NCBI RefSeq assembly: GCF_009914755.1
Contig: NC_060944.1
Reading direction: 5' to 3' (one strand)
Origin: the human T2T-CHM13v2.0 reference genome, Homo sapiens
DNA: 64,000 nt
The notes below the pieces were generated by a model that saw nothing but the letters and a program-made list of their open reading frames with translations, was not told the DNA's origin and did not search any database. Below, piece by piece: positions 1 to 12,734 of this stretch (position 1 is the stretch's first letter; the number at the start of each line of letters is the position of its first letter). The translations under genes and the position numbers were made by a program.

Positions 1-76
1 ATTCAATAGTAGTATACAGATTGCCAGAAACCACAGGCTAAAGAGATGTGGCAATTTCCTGAAAGATTTTATGTTT

Positions 77-99
77 GGGGGGTGGGGGCGGGAGGGGGG
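77..99 (+). other. G-quadruplex motif G6-T-G5-C-G3-A-G6
   Basis: Four G-runs separated by single-nucleotide loops, read directly from sequence. Confidence 0.75.
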
Positions 100-121
100 C
101 AGGTAGGGTGGAAAGGAGTTG

Positions 122-270
122 TGGGAGGGGAGAGAGAGACAGAGAGAGAGAGAGAGAGGAGGGAGAGAGAGAGAGAGAGAGGAGAGAGAGGAGAGAGAGA
201 GAGAGGGAGGGAGGGAGAGAGAGAGAGAGAGAAGAGAGAGAGGAGAGAGAGAGAGGGGGAGGGAGGGAGG

Positions 271-311
<41 letters not shown>
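122..311. repeat. Imperfect (GA)n / purine-rich microsatellite in TMX4 intron 1
   Basis: ~190 nt almost exclusively G and A; explains the ER/LS low-complexity ORFs. Confidence 0.97.
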
Positions 312-313
<2 letters not shown>

Positions 314-978
314 TCAGCAATCATTTTCCCTGCAAGCCCATCATGATGGTCTCTCAAGCCCGCTCAGACATCTGCCCACCATCCACTGCAAGCCTCTTTC
401 AAATGGTCACTTCCTATTATAAGGTTAAACTATAATCAACAAATCCCTTTCTTTCTCCTAACTCAAAACTGTAGTTTCCCATCTCCTTAAAGAAAAGGCA
501 CTATCCACCATTTGCTTTCTATTGTTAAAAGGGGCAATGCGTATCTTCTTTTCTTTATGGCACAATTATTAATATTACTCAGAAAGTCCTACCTTTACAA
601 GTTATAATAAGTATCAACATTTATTTGAAATCATACTGTAAAATTTAAAAGGCATCCATATTTATGTTTTATTCTCACAATGACATCTCAAGGTCTTCAA
701 ACGGAAGACTACGACACAAATGGCCTGCCTTCACCGTGCTGCAATTTCTTCAACAGGTAACTTGCTTAGCCTGTGCTACGTATTCATACTGCACATGGAT
801 GTCACTGAATGTCCTTTCTCTTCCAATACATATCTGTATCTAAAAGCACACGGTTTGCTTGCAGATTTTCTTCCTTCCCTTCTCCTCCCTATGGGAAGCT
901 GCCCACTCCACCCCGAAAACACTGTCCCCCAAAGCAAGGGGACGCGCTGCACCCTCGGCTGTCACCGCGAGGGCTCGG

Positions 979-990
979 CGCGCATGCGCG
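979..990. promoter_or_regulatory. NRF1 binding motif
   Basis: Perfect palindrome CGCGCATGCGCG matching YGCGCATGCGCR. Confidence 0.75.
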
Positions 991-1237
991 GCGCGAGCGG
1001 CCCGGCCCCACAGCCGCAGGTCGTTGGTAAGGCGGGTCCGCGGACCCCAGGTCGAGCCCAGCGGCAGTGCAGGATCGCAAGCGGCCCGGCACCGGCGCCG
1101 CAGGTTGTTGGCAAGCCTGGTCCGGGGTTTTAGGTTGAGCCCAAGCGGCAATGCGGGATCGCCACCGGGCCGCGCGGGCTTGGGAGGGTGACGCCCGCGA
1201 GGACACTGCGGCGTCCGGGGCGGGCGGGCACACTCAC

Positions 1238-1413
1238 AATTTCAGCATCCACTCGCCCTCCATCACCAGCGTCCAGTTGGAGGCGGTCATGGGCTGGACC
1301 CGGCTCTGCTCCGGCGGCAGCGCGGCCTCCTCGGGGCCTGCCGTCGCCGCCACAGCCGCGATCCAGGCGGCCAGGAGCGCCGTTAGCTGCGGGCCGCAGC
1401 GCCCACCCGCCAT
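1238..1413 (-). CDS. TMX4: Thioredoxin-related transmembrane protein 4, coding exon 1 (signal peptide and start of thioredoxin domain); rest of gene lies left of the window
   Basis: Translates to MAGGRCGPQLTALLAAWIAAVAATAGPEEAALPPEQSRVQPMTASNWTLVMEGEWMLK+TT (176 nt), recognised as the TMX4 N-terminus; Kozak cccAacATGG; donor TT|GTGAGT. Confidence 0.97.
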
Positions 1414-1652
1414 GTTGGGCGCCGAGCGAGGCTTCTCGGCGGGGAGTGTGGGGAAGGGCAGCGGCCGGCCCGCAGCCTCGCTCGCCCGCCGGGTTTTTCA
1501 AGGAAGCGGGAGACGCAAGGGCCACCCCGCCTACGCCTGGCGGCGCAGACTGGCGGTGCTCGCAATGCCGCGGAGGACGCCACCTCTTATCGCCGCTTGC
1601 CCGTCGAGGCCACGCCCCCTCCCGCCTCCACTTGCCGTTGCCCGGGGTGTCG

Positions 1653-1666
1653 GTTACCTCAGCAAC
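1653..1666. promoter_or_regulatory. RFX X-box
   Basis: GTTACC-TC-AGCAAC fits GTNRCC(N0-3)RGYAAC. Confidence 0.65.
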
Positions 1667-3069
1667 CACCGCCCTTTCTTCCTGACCGCCAAGCTGACAA
1701 TAAACAGATGACCCAACGTTGCCTAAGTTAGAACATGCACCGCTGCTGCCCAGGCTCCAATAAGGGCAGGGTTGGCGCGTGTGGGCTTCTCTAAAGGGAA
1801 ACATGGCCAGTAATTTTAAAATCCATCCCCTCTTCAATGATAGCAAATATAAAAGCAACGGGCTGCAAGGTACACGTATGTTTAATGAAAAATGGAGGGA
1901 CGTGGTGAGTATCTCCTGCTGAAGAGAGAGGAAAATTTAAGTACTCTGCATGTGTATATTGAAGCATCACTAATTTAGGATATTGATGAAACTAGCCTAT
2001 GCAATTGCATTTTTTTTACAAAAAATGTTAATTTCATAGAAACTCTTAAAAACATGGGTACTAGCCGATAAAATGAGTCAATTAAGACTATTGCCACCTG
2101 CAGTAAAATGGACCTCACATTTCTCTTGACTACAGTTTTGTCAGATCTAAAATGAGGGTAGCCTTAAGTGATTTCCAAATTTCTTTCCAGGTCACATTAG
2201 ATGAATCTGTACCTTGGGACCACCACACCGTTAATATATAAGACTGGATTACAATTAAAGGATGAGGAAGCTTTCTCAAAGGGTGCTTTGTATGTGTTTA
2301 CTAGTTGTGCAAACCATGAACCTCGGTAATGTGGTTAATAGACCATGAAAAGGATGTGGTTTCTGCCCTCGGCTTAAAACAAAGACAGCAATAAGACTAA
2401 AAGTACTTCAGGGCACATGAGAGCAAATTTCAATCAATACTTATAGGAGAGGGAAGTTAATTTTGCCTGAAGAGAAGATCTGGCCTGCATTATGCATTAA
2501 TTAGTATTAGCTAAAAACTATGTGGACCTAGCCCTTATCATTAAAATAAAACACTCAAGGGTTTACAAACTATTGAAATTTAAGAAAATGTCTTTGCAAT
2601 GAATGCTACTAAGACTCACTGTTATTAAGTACATACATATCAATTCCATAAACTCAATGGAAAACATTTTACTGTGCTTGTAAAAAGAAGTGACTCATAA
2701 ACAGGAATTCTGTCATTTTATCACTTTCATGATAGAATGATGTGTAGAATTTGTTTTACAATGCTCCAGAAATAAAATGTAGGGAATGGAAAGAAGATAG
2801 GTGAAAGAAAAGTGGTGCAACATCAGTCAGTGTTGAAGCTAAGTTCATTTTGCTACTTTACCTACTCATGCATATGTTGGAAAATTTACAAAATGAAAAG
2901 CTAAAAGGAGAGAGAGCATCTTCAGCATGAAAGACAGCCATTACCAAAGCATTTCCTATCTTTAACAAAAACTGAAGTCTTAGCCTTCAGACTAAGGATG
3001 GTAGGAAGAAAGTAGCAAGGAAGTATGGGACTGACCTTGCCGTAAGGAGTCACAGACCAGGGTAAGGGA

Positions 3070-3250
3070 CCTGTTGCTGTCAGACCATGATTGGCATCTT
3101 AGCCCTGACACTTCCTAGCCATGTGATTTGGGGCTAAAACTAGTCCACACCAAAGTTCTCTTAAAATGCGGGTAGTAATAGAACCTGCTCCAAAAGGTGG
3201 CTGTGAAGATTATATGAGATAAGAATAATGCCTAGCACATATTCTAACTC
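3070..3250 (+). mobile_element. MIR SINE fragment
   Basis: Degenerate MIR core (cttcctagccatgtgatttggg...aaaatgcgggtagtaatagaacct...gtgaagattatatgaga). Confidence 0.65.
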
Positions 3251-3264
3251 AAAAAGCTTACATA

Positions 3265-3317
3265 TTAGGTTGGTGCAAACATAATTGTGGTTTTTGCCAC
3301 AATATTGCCAACACTAA
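3265..3317. mobile_element. MADE1 mariner-derived MITE, internally deleted
   Basis: ttaggttggtgcaaacataattgtggtttttgcca left TIR and remnant ccaacactaa right end, TA flanks. Confidence 0.8.
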
Positions 3318-3668
3318 TATTATTATTTGGAGGCAACAATACGCTGTAATGTCTATTTTTCTTATACTAAAGTTAACTTCACTTAGCATGATACACAATG
3401 CCTCTCACAGCCCAGCTTCAGTTTTGCCCACTTTACATTCCACTATTCCCAGAGTTCCCTGTGTCCTAGTAACACAAAGCTACTCCCCATTCCCAAAGCA
3501 CATTGTGTACTTCAGTGTCTCCTTGCTCCTTCATTCTGATTAGAACACTCTTCTCCAGTTGTCCAGTGAATCATTCAGTCTCTGTCATGTAGTCCACACT
3601 GTACCTCTGATAGCTCATGCAGAATGAGCTGCTGTCTCTTCTCAGATCCAATTGCTCTTCTGTATAAC

Positions 3669-4039
3669 TGATATGGTTTGGCTCTGTGTCCCCATCCAAA
3701 TCACATTTTGTAGCTCCCCTAATTCCCACGTGTTGTGGGAGGGACCCCATGGGAGATAATTGAATCATGGGGGCGGGTCTTTCCCATGTTGTTCTCGTGA
3801 TAGTGAATAAGTCTCATGAGATCTGATGGTTTTAAAAATGGTAATTTCCCTGCACAAGCTGTCTCTCTTTTGGCCTGCTGCCATCCGCGTAAGACATGAC
3901 TTACTCCTCCGTGCCTTCCACCATGATTGTGAGGCTTCCCCAGCCATGAGGAACTGTGAGTTGAATAAACACTTTTTCCTGTATAAATTACCCCGTCTCG
4001 GGTATGTCTTTATCAGCAGCGTGAAAATGGACTAATACA
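3669..4039 (+). mobile_element. THE1 (THE1A/B-like) MaLR solo LTR
   Basis: tgatatggtttggct...ggactaataca termini; 5-bp TSD ATAAC (3664-3668 / 4040-4044). Confidence 0.95.
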
Positions 4040-4202
4040 ATAACTTCACCACATACCTTTCATAGTATAATGCATTTATATGTAGCTATCACCCTCTACC
4101 CTCACTCCTCCAACCACTACTAAAAACTCTTCAAGGTCAAGGGCTTTACCTTATATATCTTTGTGTCCCCTGTATTGCAGAATACCCATCCCATAGATGT
4201 AC

Positions 4203-4705
4203 TTGGGATAGACAGCTTCTGGCACTCCTCCCAAGATCTCTCCCTCCTGGTATTCAGGCCCTTGTGTGATCCTTTCCTCTTGAGTGTAGGTTGGGCCTGG
4301 TGACCCACTTCTAACAGAAGATGGGAAAACTGATGGATTATCACTTCTTTGTTAAGGTTACAAAAACCTGAGACTTCCATTTTGCTGGAAACTTCTTTTC
4401 CTCTTGCACACTCACTCTGCGACTCTGTGTGGAGAGCTCCATGTGACAAGGGAGGTCTGCAGCCTAAGCAACTGAGACCTCAGCCCAACAGCCCTCAAAG
4501 AACTGGATCTTCAAACAACCACATGAGTGACCTAGAAGCAAATCTGTCACCAGTGCTCTTGAGACGGGTGAGCCTTATAAATGACCCAGAACCAGGGGGC
4601 AAAGCTTAGCTTAGCTGGGACCTCCACCCACGGAAACTGTGAGGTAATCAATGTTGTTACATAATATCAAGCCACTAAGATTTGGGGCAATTTGTTATGC
4701 TGTAA
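4203..4705 (+). mobile_element. MLT1 (E/F-like) MaLR LTR
   Basis: ctcctggtattcaggcccttgtgtgatcc 5' part; aactgtgaggtaat...aagccactaagatttggggcaatttgttatgc 3' part. Confidence 0.8.
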
Positions 4706-4930
4706 TGCTATGCTAGGTCAGTGTGTGATCCATGTTTATGTTTATAACGTGGATTTACAGGTTTAAGAAGATTGGTACCTGGTACTAGGAGAAAAGGCTT
4801 TTTCCCCCAGAGTGATGGTGGCACTGCAGGGCAGCTATGATTACACAAAAATATGTGGTTCCTAGTAGGCAAAGGAATTCCTAGGCCTCTGATGAGGTAA
4901 CATCATTAGCAGGAGAGAGGGGAAGAAGAG

Positions 4931-5810
4931 TGTGGTAGATCCTATCTAGTCCCCCTCTCTTTCCCTGCCCCACAGAGGAGGATGCTCCTACACCCCTCAG
5001 AAGTTAGTCATATTTATATGAATTGGCCAATGGGCTACAAATGGAAGGGGTGGGTATGTATCATTTCCAGGCTGAAGTATTTAATCACCGGCACAAAATG
5101 TCCCAGTGTTCTGTTCTCCTGCTGTGGAAATTTTAGAGAAAAGATCATGATCTAAGAGTCTGCAAGACCAGAGCAGCCTGAATTGCTGAGCTGCCTGGTG
5201 GAGAATAGCAGCATTGGGTGGTTCCCAGGATTCTTAAAAGGACTTTACAAAGGTAAGAAATACGTTTTCACTATGAGAGATTATTCAGGTTAACTATTTC
5301 TGCCTAATCAACCATCCCAAAACTCACCTCTCATGGTTTTGGGGGTTCAAGAGCTCAGCTGGGCTATATTTGCTTGTACTCTTTTATATGGTGGCAGACC
5401 CCTGGAGGCCGAGGCCAGAATTAGTTGAAGTCCCTTGCACCCACATCTGGCACTTAGTGTAGGCTGGCTGGAACAGCTGGGGACTGCACAGGCATTGCTC
5501 TTATCCACGCAGTCTCTCCATGTGGCTGGCTTCGGCTTCCTTCAGCATGGCAGTTTGAGGGCTGTCATACTTAATTTCTCTAGAGCAAGAGTTCCCAGAA
5601 GGTGGAAACTGCATTGCTCTAGAAGTCTAAGAGTGTCGTTTCTACCTCATTCTATTAGTCAAGGCACTGAAGACACACCAGACTGAAGGGGAGAGGAATT
5701 AGACTATCCTTTAATAAGAAGCAGCAAAATAAATTGCAGCCATACTATCAAAAAGCCACTCTGAAAATTTGGAATTGTCACTGAAGCATAGTCTAGCCTA
5801 TTTTGACTAA
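4931..5810 (+). mobile_element. Old MLT1 (I/J-like) LTR interrupted by an opposite-orientation MLT1 LTR (~5280-5748)
   Basis: tggccaatggg...catttccaggctgaag body; 3' end aagccact...gcatagtctagcctattttgactaa resumes after the nested copy. Confidence 0.6.
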
Positions 5811-6149
5811 CTCACTGCCTTCCTTTGAATACTTATTTATGAACAGCTGAGAGTTCTTTATTTTGGAGGGGAGGTGATATTTTCAGAGAGCAGAGTAAGA
5901 ACTGCCTCTCCGTTTTTACCTTCTGTGAGTAGGTCCTGTAAGATGCATCTTATGCAAAGGTATTAGAGAAAATGATTTTCAAGCCTGTGGGCGGGTAGAT
6001 GGATTGATGCCTTGGTATTTAAGTGTTCATTAAATGTTACAGAATTTTTGTTAAGCTTATTGAAAAAAAGATTCAAAAGTGTATGTTGAGAATTATGTAA
6101 ACACACCTATTTTACCCTTGAATAATGGAGTAGGAAAACGATTTACCAA

Positions 6150-8050
6150 GAGGGATAAAACTTATATTCTAATGGTAGAAAATTTTAATACATAGCTATA
6201 GACAATGCCTTTGATAAAAGTAGGTCAGGACTTGATATTAAGAGGATAATCAATGAAAGATAAGGAGATGGTATTCAGATTACAAACTCTGTAATAATAG
6301 GGTATAGTTATACGATGGTTTTCCTAACGAAGATGGTAAAACCAGTATGGAAATATTAAATAAGTTAAGCAATGCTGTAAAATTAGTCCATAAAGTAATA
6401 ATAGTACAAAAATTTAATTACACAAACAGATTTGCTAAATGCCTTACAGGAACAAGAGGTAGAATGGAGAATTTAAATAGGACACAGTAATATTTCCTAG
6501 AACAGATGGTAGAAGAAACCATGAATGATGAAAATACACTGAATTGCACCCAGGCTTGTGCCTAGAGACAAATCCAGAAGACTTGATAAGCCTCTAAGAA
6601 GCAACCCCAGGACAATGTCATGGTGCAAGAAAATCATCTAATTATTTTCAGAACTAATAAATGAGCTGAGGAAAAGAGCAGTTACATGCAAGAGAAACAT
6701 ACAAGTCAATTATTTTCCTGTACACTGCTTAGAATTAATTTTAAAATGTAATGTAGACAAAGATCTCATTCAATAGCAAAAAAAAACCCTTATGTTTCAA
6801 AAAACTAATAGAAATATAAAAGACATAGAAAAAACTGCAGGACCTTATATGACAATTATCATAAATTAATCTATAAATCTATAAATCTAATGCAATACCA
6901 TTGCAAATCTCACCAAGTTCTCTTCTATAGAATTCTAAAGATCTACCTTAAAAATAATGCTTAAAACCAGCCAACAGGATTTTGAAAACGAATAATGATG
7001 TAGGTCTTGGCCCTCTTAGATATTAAAATCTGCTATAAAGTTACAATTGAAGAGGGAGGTATTGACATGAGAAGAAGCAAATAAATGAATGGTTCAGAAT
7101 GAAGACTCAAAAAACAAAACCATACGCTTACGGGTATTTAGATAGGTTAAAGGTGGTATATTAGTCAGGATAAGATAGACTTAGGCAGCAGTAAAAAAAC
7201 AACCCCTAAAATCTCAGAGGCTTAACTCAAAAAGCTAAGTTCTCTTTTGTGCAAAATTGACTTTGGGACGAAGAGGTTCTGTAGGGAAACTATAACTTGG
7301 GGAGGGTCTACACAATACACATTGCTTAAATCTTGTATCTCTGCTGTCTCAACATGAAACTTTTTCCATGATCACAGAAATATAAAAGGCGGCAAGAAGC
7401 TTTTTCTTTCTTATCCACAAGTAACACCTACCAATCCAGCTCATAGGCCATTGGCCAGAACTAATCATAAGACCTCGCCTAAAAGAAAGAAAAGATGATC
7501 TAACGTGGGAACTAAATATTGATGAACATAATAATGTTCACACATGACATTTCAAACCAGTGGGAGAAATTCGACTAATATACAATAGTGTTAGAACAAT
7601 TTCCTCTTCATTAAGAAAAAAAGTATATCTCTACCTCAATCTATATCCAAAATAAGTTCTAGATCCACTAATGAAAGAGCACAAAATTTAAACTGCTCTT
7701 GGAAAAGTGTTTGGAAAATAATTATATAATCATCTAGTGGGCAAAGCCTTCCTACGTAACATATGAAACACAGAAGCTATAAAAGGGCTTTAGGAAATTT
7801 GCCACACAATTAAAAAAACATCAAGCAAAGTCAAACCAGGTGAAATGATCTGAACTATAGATAGCACTCAAAGGTTTAGTGTCACTGAAATTCAAAAAGT
7901 TCTACAAATAATTAAGAAAAAGATATTCAAACCAGCTGAAAAATATGGAATATTACTTATAGAAGAACAAAAAACAAATGACATATGTATATGAAAAGCA
8001 GTTCATACATACTGCTGATCAGAAATATACATTTTATACCAATACAGTTT
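6150..8050 (+). mobile_element. Ancient L1M ORF2 fragments with MLT1-type LTR insert at ~7160-7540
   Basis: A-rich, L1 hallmarks (aattaatctataaat...aatgcaatacca; ctacctc...aaaataagttctagat). Confidence 0.6.
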
Positions 8051-8429
8051 GTTGGATGATTCCTTTTGGGGTTAAAGCAATTGTGATTAGGACTAGCCAT
8101 GCTGTTATTGTAAAATCTTCAGTGGACTCAAATCACAACAGCTTACGTTTTGTAATTATTTCCCCCTTTCATTTTTTTTTTTATTATACTTTCTGATTAC
8201 ATGATATTGGGAGACTGGCATGTGTCAATTTTAAGGTAAGAGTAAATGGAAATGAAATATTGGTATAATATTCTATACCAATTGTGTGCCTCAAATTGTA
8301 CATTAAGGAAACAAGAAAAACAACTTCAGTGTATGAAAAATTTGCCTCAATAATGTTTTCTGCTCTCTAATAATCACCAGTCCCTAGATGTCATTTTGAT
8401 TAATACAATTTCTTAAAGTTTTTAATGTA

Positions 8430-10480
8430 TTTACCTACACTTTTCTTTTTGTTAGTACCTTTTGTGACCTATTTAATAATTTTTTTTTCCTTAATGTAAG
8501 GCTACAAAGCTACTTTTCCTATATTATCCCTAAAAGTTTTCCAATTGTGCCTTTATTTTTTCAGGCCTTTTCACTCTTTAACTTTTTAATACTGTGAAGT
8601 AGGAGTTTAATTTAATCTTTTCTCAAATGGGTCCCCAGTTGTATCAGAAACACTTAGTGAACTGTAGTAACTTTCCCTAGTAATCTACCACTCTGTCGTA
8701 GTCTATTGGTACATATGTAATTCAATTTCTGAGTTGTCTGTTTTGTTTCGTTGAACTATTTGTCTTTCCTGTACTAACACAATACTGTTTTAATTAGTAT
8801 ATTTCATGGCACATTTTGATATCTGATAGATAAAATTGTACTCCTTTGTCTGTCTTCTTTATTAGTTCCTTGGGTGTTCTTTTCTATTTTTTCATATACA
8901 TTTTAGAATTATTTCATTTTAGCTAATCCTAAAATCAAACAAACAAAAATTGCTTATTAGTTTTATTGGGGTTACATTGGTTATATAAATTCAGGTAGAG
9001 TACTCCTTTTAATACACCTTAACGTCCTTCATTAAAGTTTTATATTTTCTCTATATAGATTATACAATTATTTGTCATATTAACTACTAATTATTCAACT
9101 TTTAATTCTATTTTAAATGGTCTTTTTATCATTTTTTTCAAACTGTATTTCTGGTACATAAAAATACAAATGTTTTTGTATATGTATATAAGTTTTGTAA
9201 ACACCAATCTTGCTAAACTCTTACTAATTTTTAAAAAATTGTCTGAAGCTTTGTGGCCAGAAGAGTTCTAAGATGATCCCTAAGATTTCTGCTCTCTGGT
9301 GGGCACTCCCTTTGCGTGTGGGCAGGGCCTGTGAGTATGATGGGATGTCACTCCATGAATAGGTTTAGCTGTGTGGCAAAGAAGAAAGGATTTTGCAGAT
9401 GTGATTAAGGTCTCTAATTAGCTGACTTTGAGCTAATCAACACGGGCTTATTCTGGACAGGCCTGGCCTAATCACTTAAGAGCTCTTAAGGAGTGAATGG
9501 GCTCTTCCTGAAAAAAGAGCTTCTGCTAACCCTGAAAAGCAAGCAACAACCCTGTGAACTGCTATGGAGAGAGATGGCCTCTAACAGCTGAGGACCTCAG
9601 TCCTACAACCACAAGAAACTGATTTCTGCCAACAACATGAATGAACTTGGAAAAGGCCCCTGAGCTCCAGATGAGAACACCCAGGTCAACTCAGGTCATG
9701 AGCAGAGAACCCTGTTATATTCTCCTTGGCTTGTGATCCATAAACAATGAGATTATAAATGTGTGGTTTTTAAGCCATTAGGTTTGTGGTAACTTGTTAC
9801 ACAAGCCTCTTTTAGATTCTTTACATACACAAATATATTCTAAACGAATAATGAGTCTTCCTTTCCCATCTTTATACCATTTACTTCTTATTCTTCCCTT
9901 ACCGCTTTAAGACCTCTAGTATAAAGTTGACTAGAAAAGGTGGTAGTGGCATTATTGTGTAGTTCTTTATATCAAAGGGAAGATTTTCAATGTTTTCATG
10001 TTAAGTATGACATTTACTGTAGGTTTTTCATAGATGCTCTTTAATCAGTTTAAGCAATTCTTGTCTATCCCTAGAATTATTGTCAGGAATAAATGTTGAC
10101 TTTTATCGAACACTGTTTCTGCACCTTTTAAAAATATCATATTTTTTCCTTCAAATGGTTACTGTGTTGAATTATATTAGCAGACATTCTAATGTTAAAG
10201 TAACCTATCATTCCAGAGAAAAGGAGGTGAGAATAGCAGTTTAGTTATGATGCTGTATCCCTTTTATAAATTCTTGGATTCAATTTGCCAATATTTGGTC
10301 TAAGATTTTTGCATTATGTTAATGACTGGAAATGAGTCTTAATTTTCCTTTATTTTTCTGGCTTCTTTGTGTTTCGATATCAAGAATATGCAAGTCTCAT
10401 GCAATAAATTCTATGGAAGAGTTGGTTAAGATTGCATTTTTTTCCTTACATGTCTTATAGAAATGAGTGGTAAAATATCT
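8430..10480 (-). mobile_element. Ancient L1M fragments
   Basis: T-rich antisense L1 ORF2 motifs (ttttgtatatgtata...ttgctaaactc; ttggattcaatttgccaatattt). Confidence 0.65.
9252..9805 (+). mobile_element. MLT1D/E MaLR LTR nested in L1
   Basis: gtggcaaa...ggattttgcagatgtgattaagg; tttaagccattaggtttgtggtaacttgttacac end. Confidence 0.85.
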
Positions 10481-12418
10481 GAAAATGGAGGACTACTGAA
10501 GAATTGGATATGGTTTCTTCAGGTTGTAAAGAAAAATATGTTAAGTATGCTAACACTTAGAAACACTCAAATATAGCAAGCTAAAATTGTTTAATCAATT
10601 AACCACTTTTGTGGAAACATATCTGCAGAAATGGAATGAGACTATAAATTAGTGTTTCCTGAACATATTTCACTATCAAACACTTCTTCAATTTCAGTTT
10701 GTAAAATAAAGTGTATTTTGTTTATTTAAAACTTTCTTCTTTCATTCAAAGATCCAAGACAAAGAATGTGTTTAGTCTAGCGTTTTATAAACATGAAATC
10801 CTGAATATGACAAATGCATGCTGAATTTCAATATTTAATCGGCATACATCAGTTTGTTAATAAATGTTCCTTATGTATTAAAGCTCAGATTTTGCATTTA
10901 TGATGCATGAAGAATTATAAATCATGTGGTTTCATCCCGTTGCAAGAATACAATGCCACACTCAAAAGTAATCTCAAAATACTTGTATTTCTCAAGTCTT
11001 TTGAAAGGGACACTTAAGCCACATAGTGCTTCTTAAAATAAATAAATAAATAAATAAAATAAAATTCTATTTCTTTTCCTACCCAATACCTTCTACATCA
11101 AAGCTGTTCTTAAGTCTTTCTCTAATGCATGCACACATACACACACACACCCCTAAAAAACATAACACTTTTCTTAGACCTTGGTCTCTTGTTCCTCTCT
11201 TCCTTCAACAAGAGCCACTGAAGTTACACATTCTCTCAAGGATGGGAGAGAAGAGACTGAAGAAGACAAAACAGACTTCACTTCAGCAGCCAAGTGGAAA
11301 GCTGGGAACACTGATAAACATGAGCCTCGTGGGCTTCCTATTATACATGGATAGACCACACCATTTATAAAGGTGAATTATGGCACGCTAACAAGAGCAA
11401 TTATGTGTACCGATTTGGCAAATTTTACTTGTATTTCTGAAGATTTTCTAGGTTATTTTATCCTCTTGATTAATTTTTTTCTTCAATAATACACCTATCA
11501 ATTTTCTATGGACTAGTAGGTTTCCAAGAAACATGATTTCCACAAAATGTACTGTTTTTTAAAGCATCATTTAGTATTTGGACATCTTTTTAAATTACTT
11601 CCTTCAAATCACTATCTTTTAGGTGACTTAGAAATGTCCTTGTTGAAGATGTACTGAATAATAAAGTTTGTAGGTGCAGCCTACAGCCCAGTGTCAACCA
11701 TATAAAAGATATTTGAATATTGTTTGTGGCTTTAATTCATCACAGGCCTTTATGACTTTTAGTCATGTGAGTTTATATGGATAACTTCAGCTTCACATAT
11801 GTCATAGACATCTCATAAGTTCATATTTGCAAATGATCAGCTGAGGTTTTATTAAGAAGAGCATAGTAAAATAAGCTGCAGTTAATTTATTGACAGAAAT
11901 TAAAGCCATAGCTCTCCTTCTATTGCTAATGAAAACTATTTTTTAGTCTCCAAAAGACAAGATTTAGAATATATATCGAACACTTCCACTTGTTAATATG
12001 GGATTCTATTTCAAACACTGTGAATTCGTGAACAAGTTAAGAGAGAGGATGTAGGGTTATCATGGATGTTCTGAAGTGGGTTGTTCACTCTTTCGTAATT
12101 TATCGAGCTACATGCTTGTGGTTTGTATACATTCCAATATTTGGATTTTCCTTTAATTAAAGTATTTGAAATTCGTGTTGTTGAAGTTTATTAACATGAT
12201 ATAATGTTGATCATTTAGGAAATTATAATAAATAGGTTATAAAATAGCCCATTTAGTGTGATATCATGTTGGAAAAATATATGTTTAATCAGAAAGAAAA
12301 AATAGTTGAAGGGTATACACCAACAGCTTGCTAGTGGTTAATGAAATTAAAAGGTTTCCTAGTGGTTAACAAAAAACATTGTAGTGTGTGCTGTAGCTAA
12401 TACAGTTTGTAGACATTT

Positions 12419-12734
<316 letters not shown>

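Larger units (their letters stand above)
940..1785. promoter_or_regulatory. TMX4: CpG island / TMX4 promoter, probably bidirectional
   Basis: Very high GC and CpG density against a CpG-depleted background; spans exon 1; GC-box at 1609-1627, CCAAT at 1757-1761. Confidence 0.95.

Noticed and set aside
46-435. ER-/LS-rich ORFs
   Set aside because: Translations of the GA microsatellite
720-1858. Overlapping 100-240 aa ORFs on both strands
   Set aside because: Stop-poor CpG island; the real coding frame is the 176-nt TMX4 exon, which the track misses
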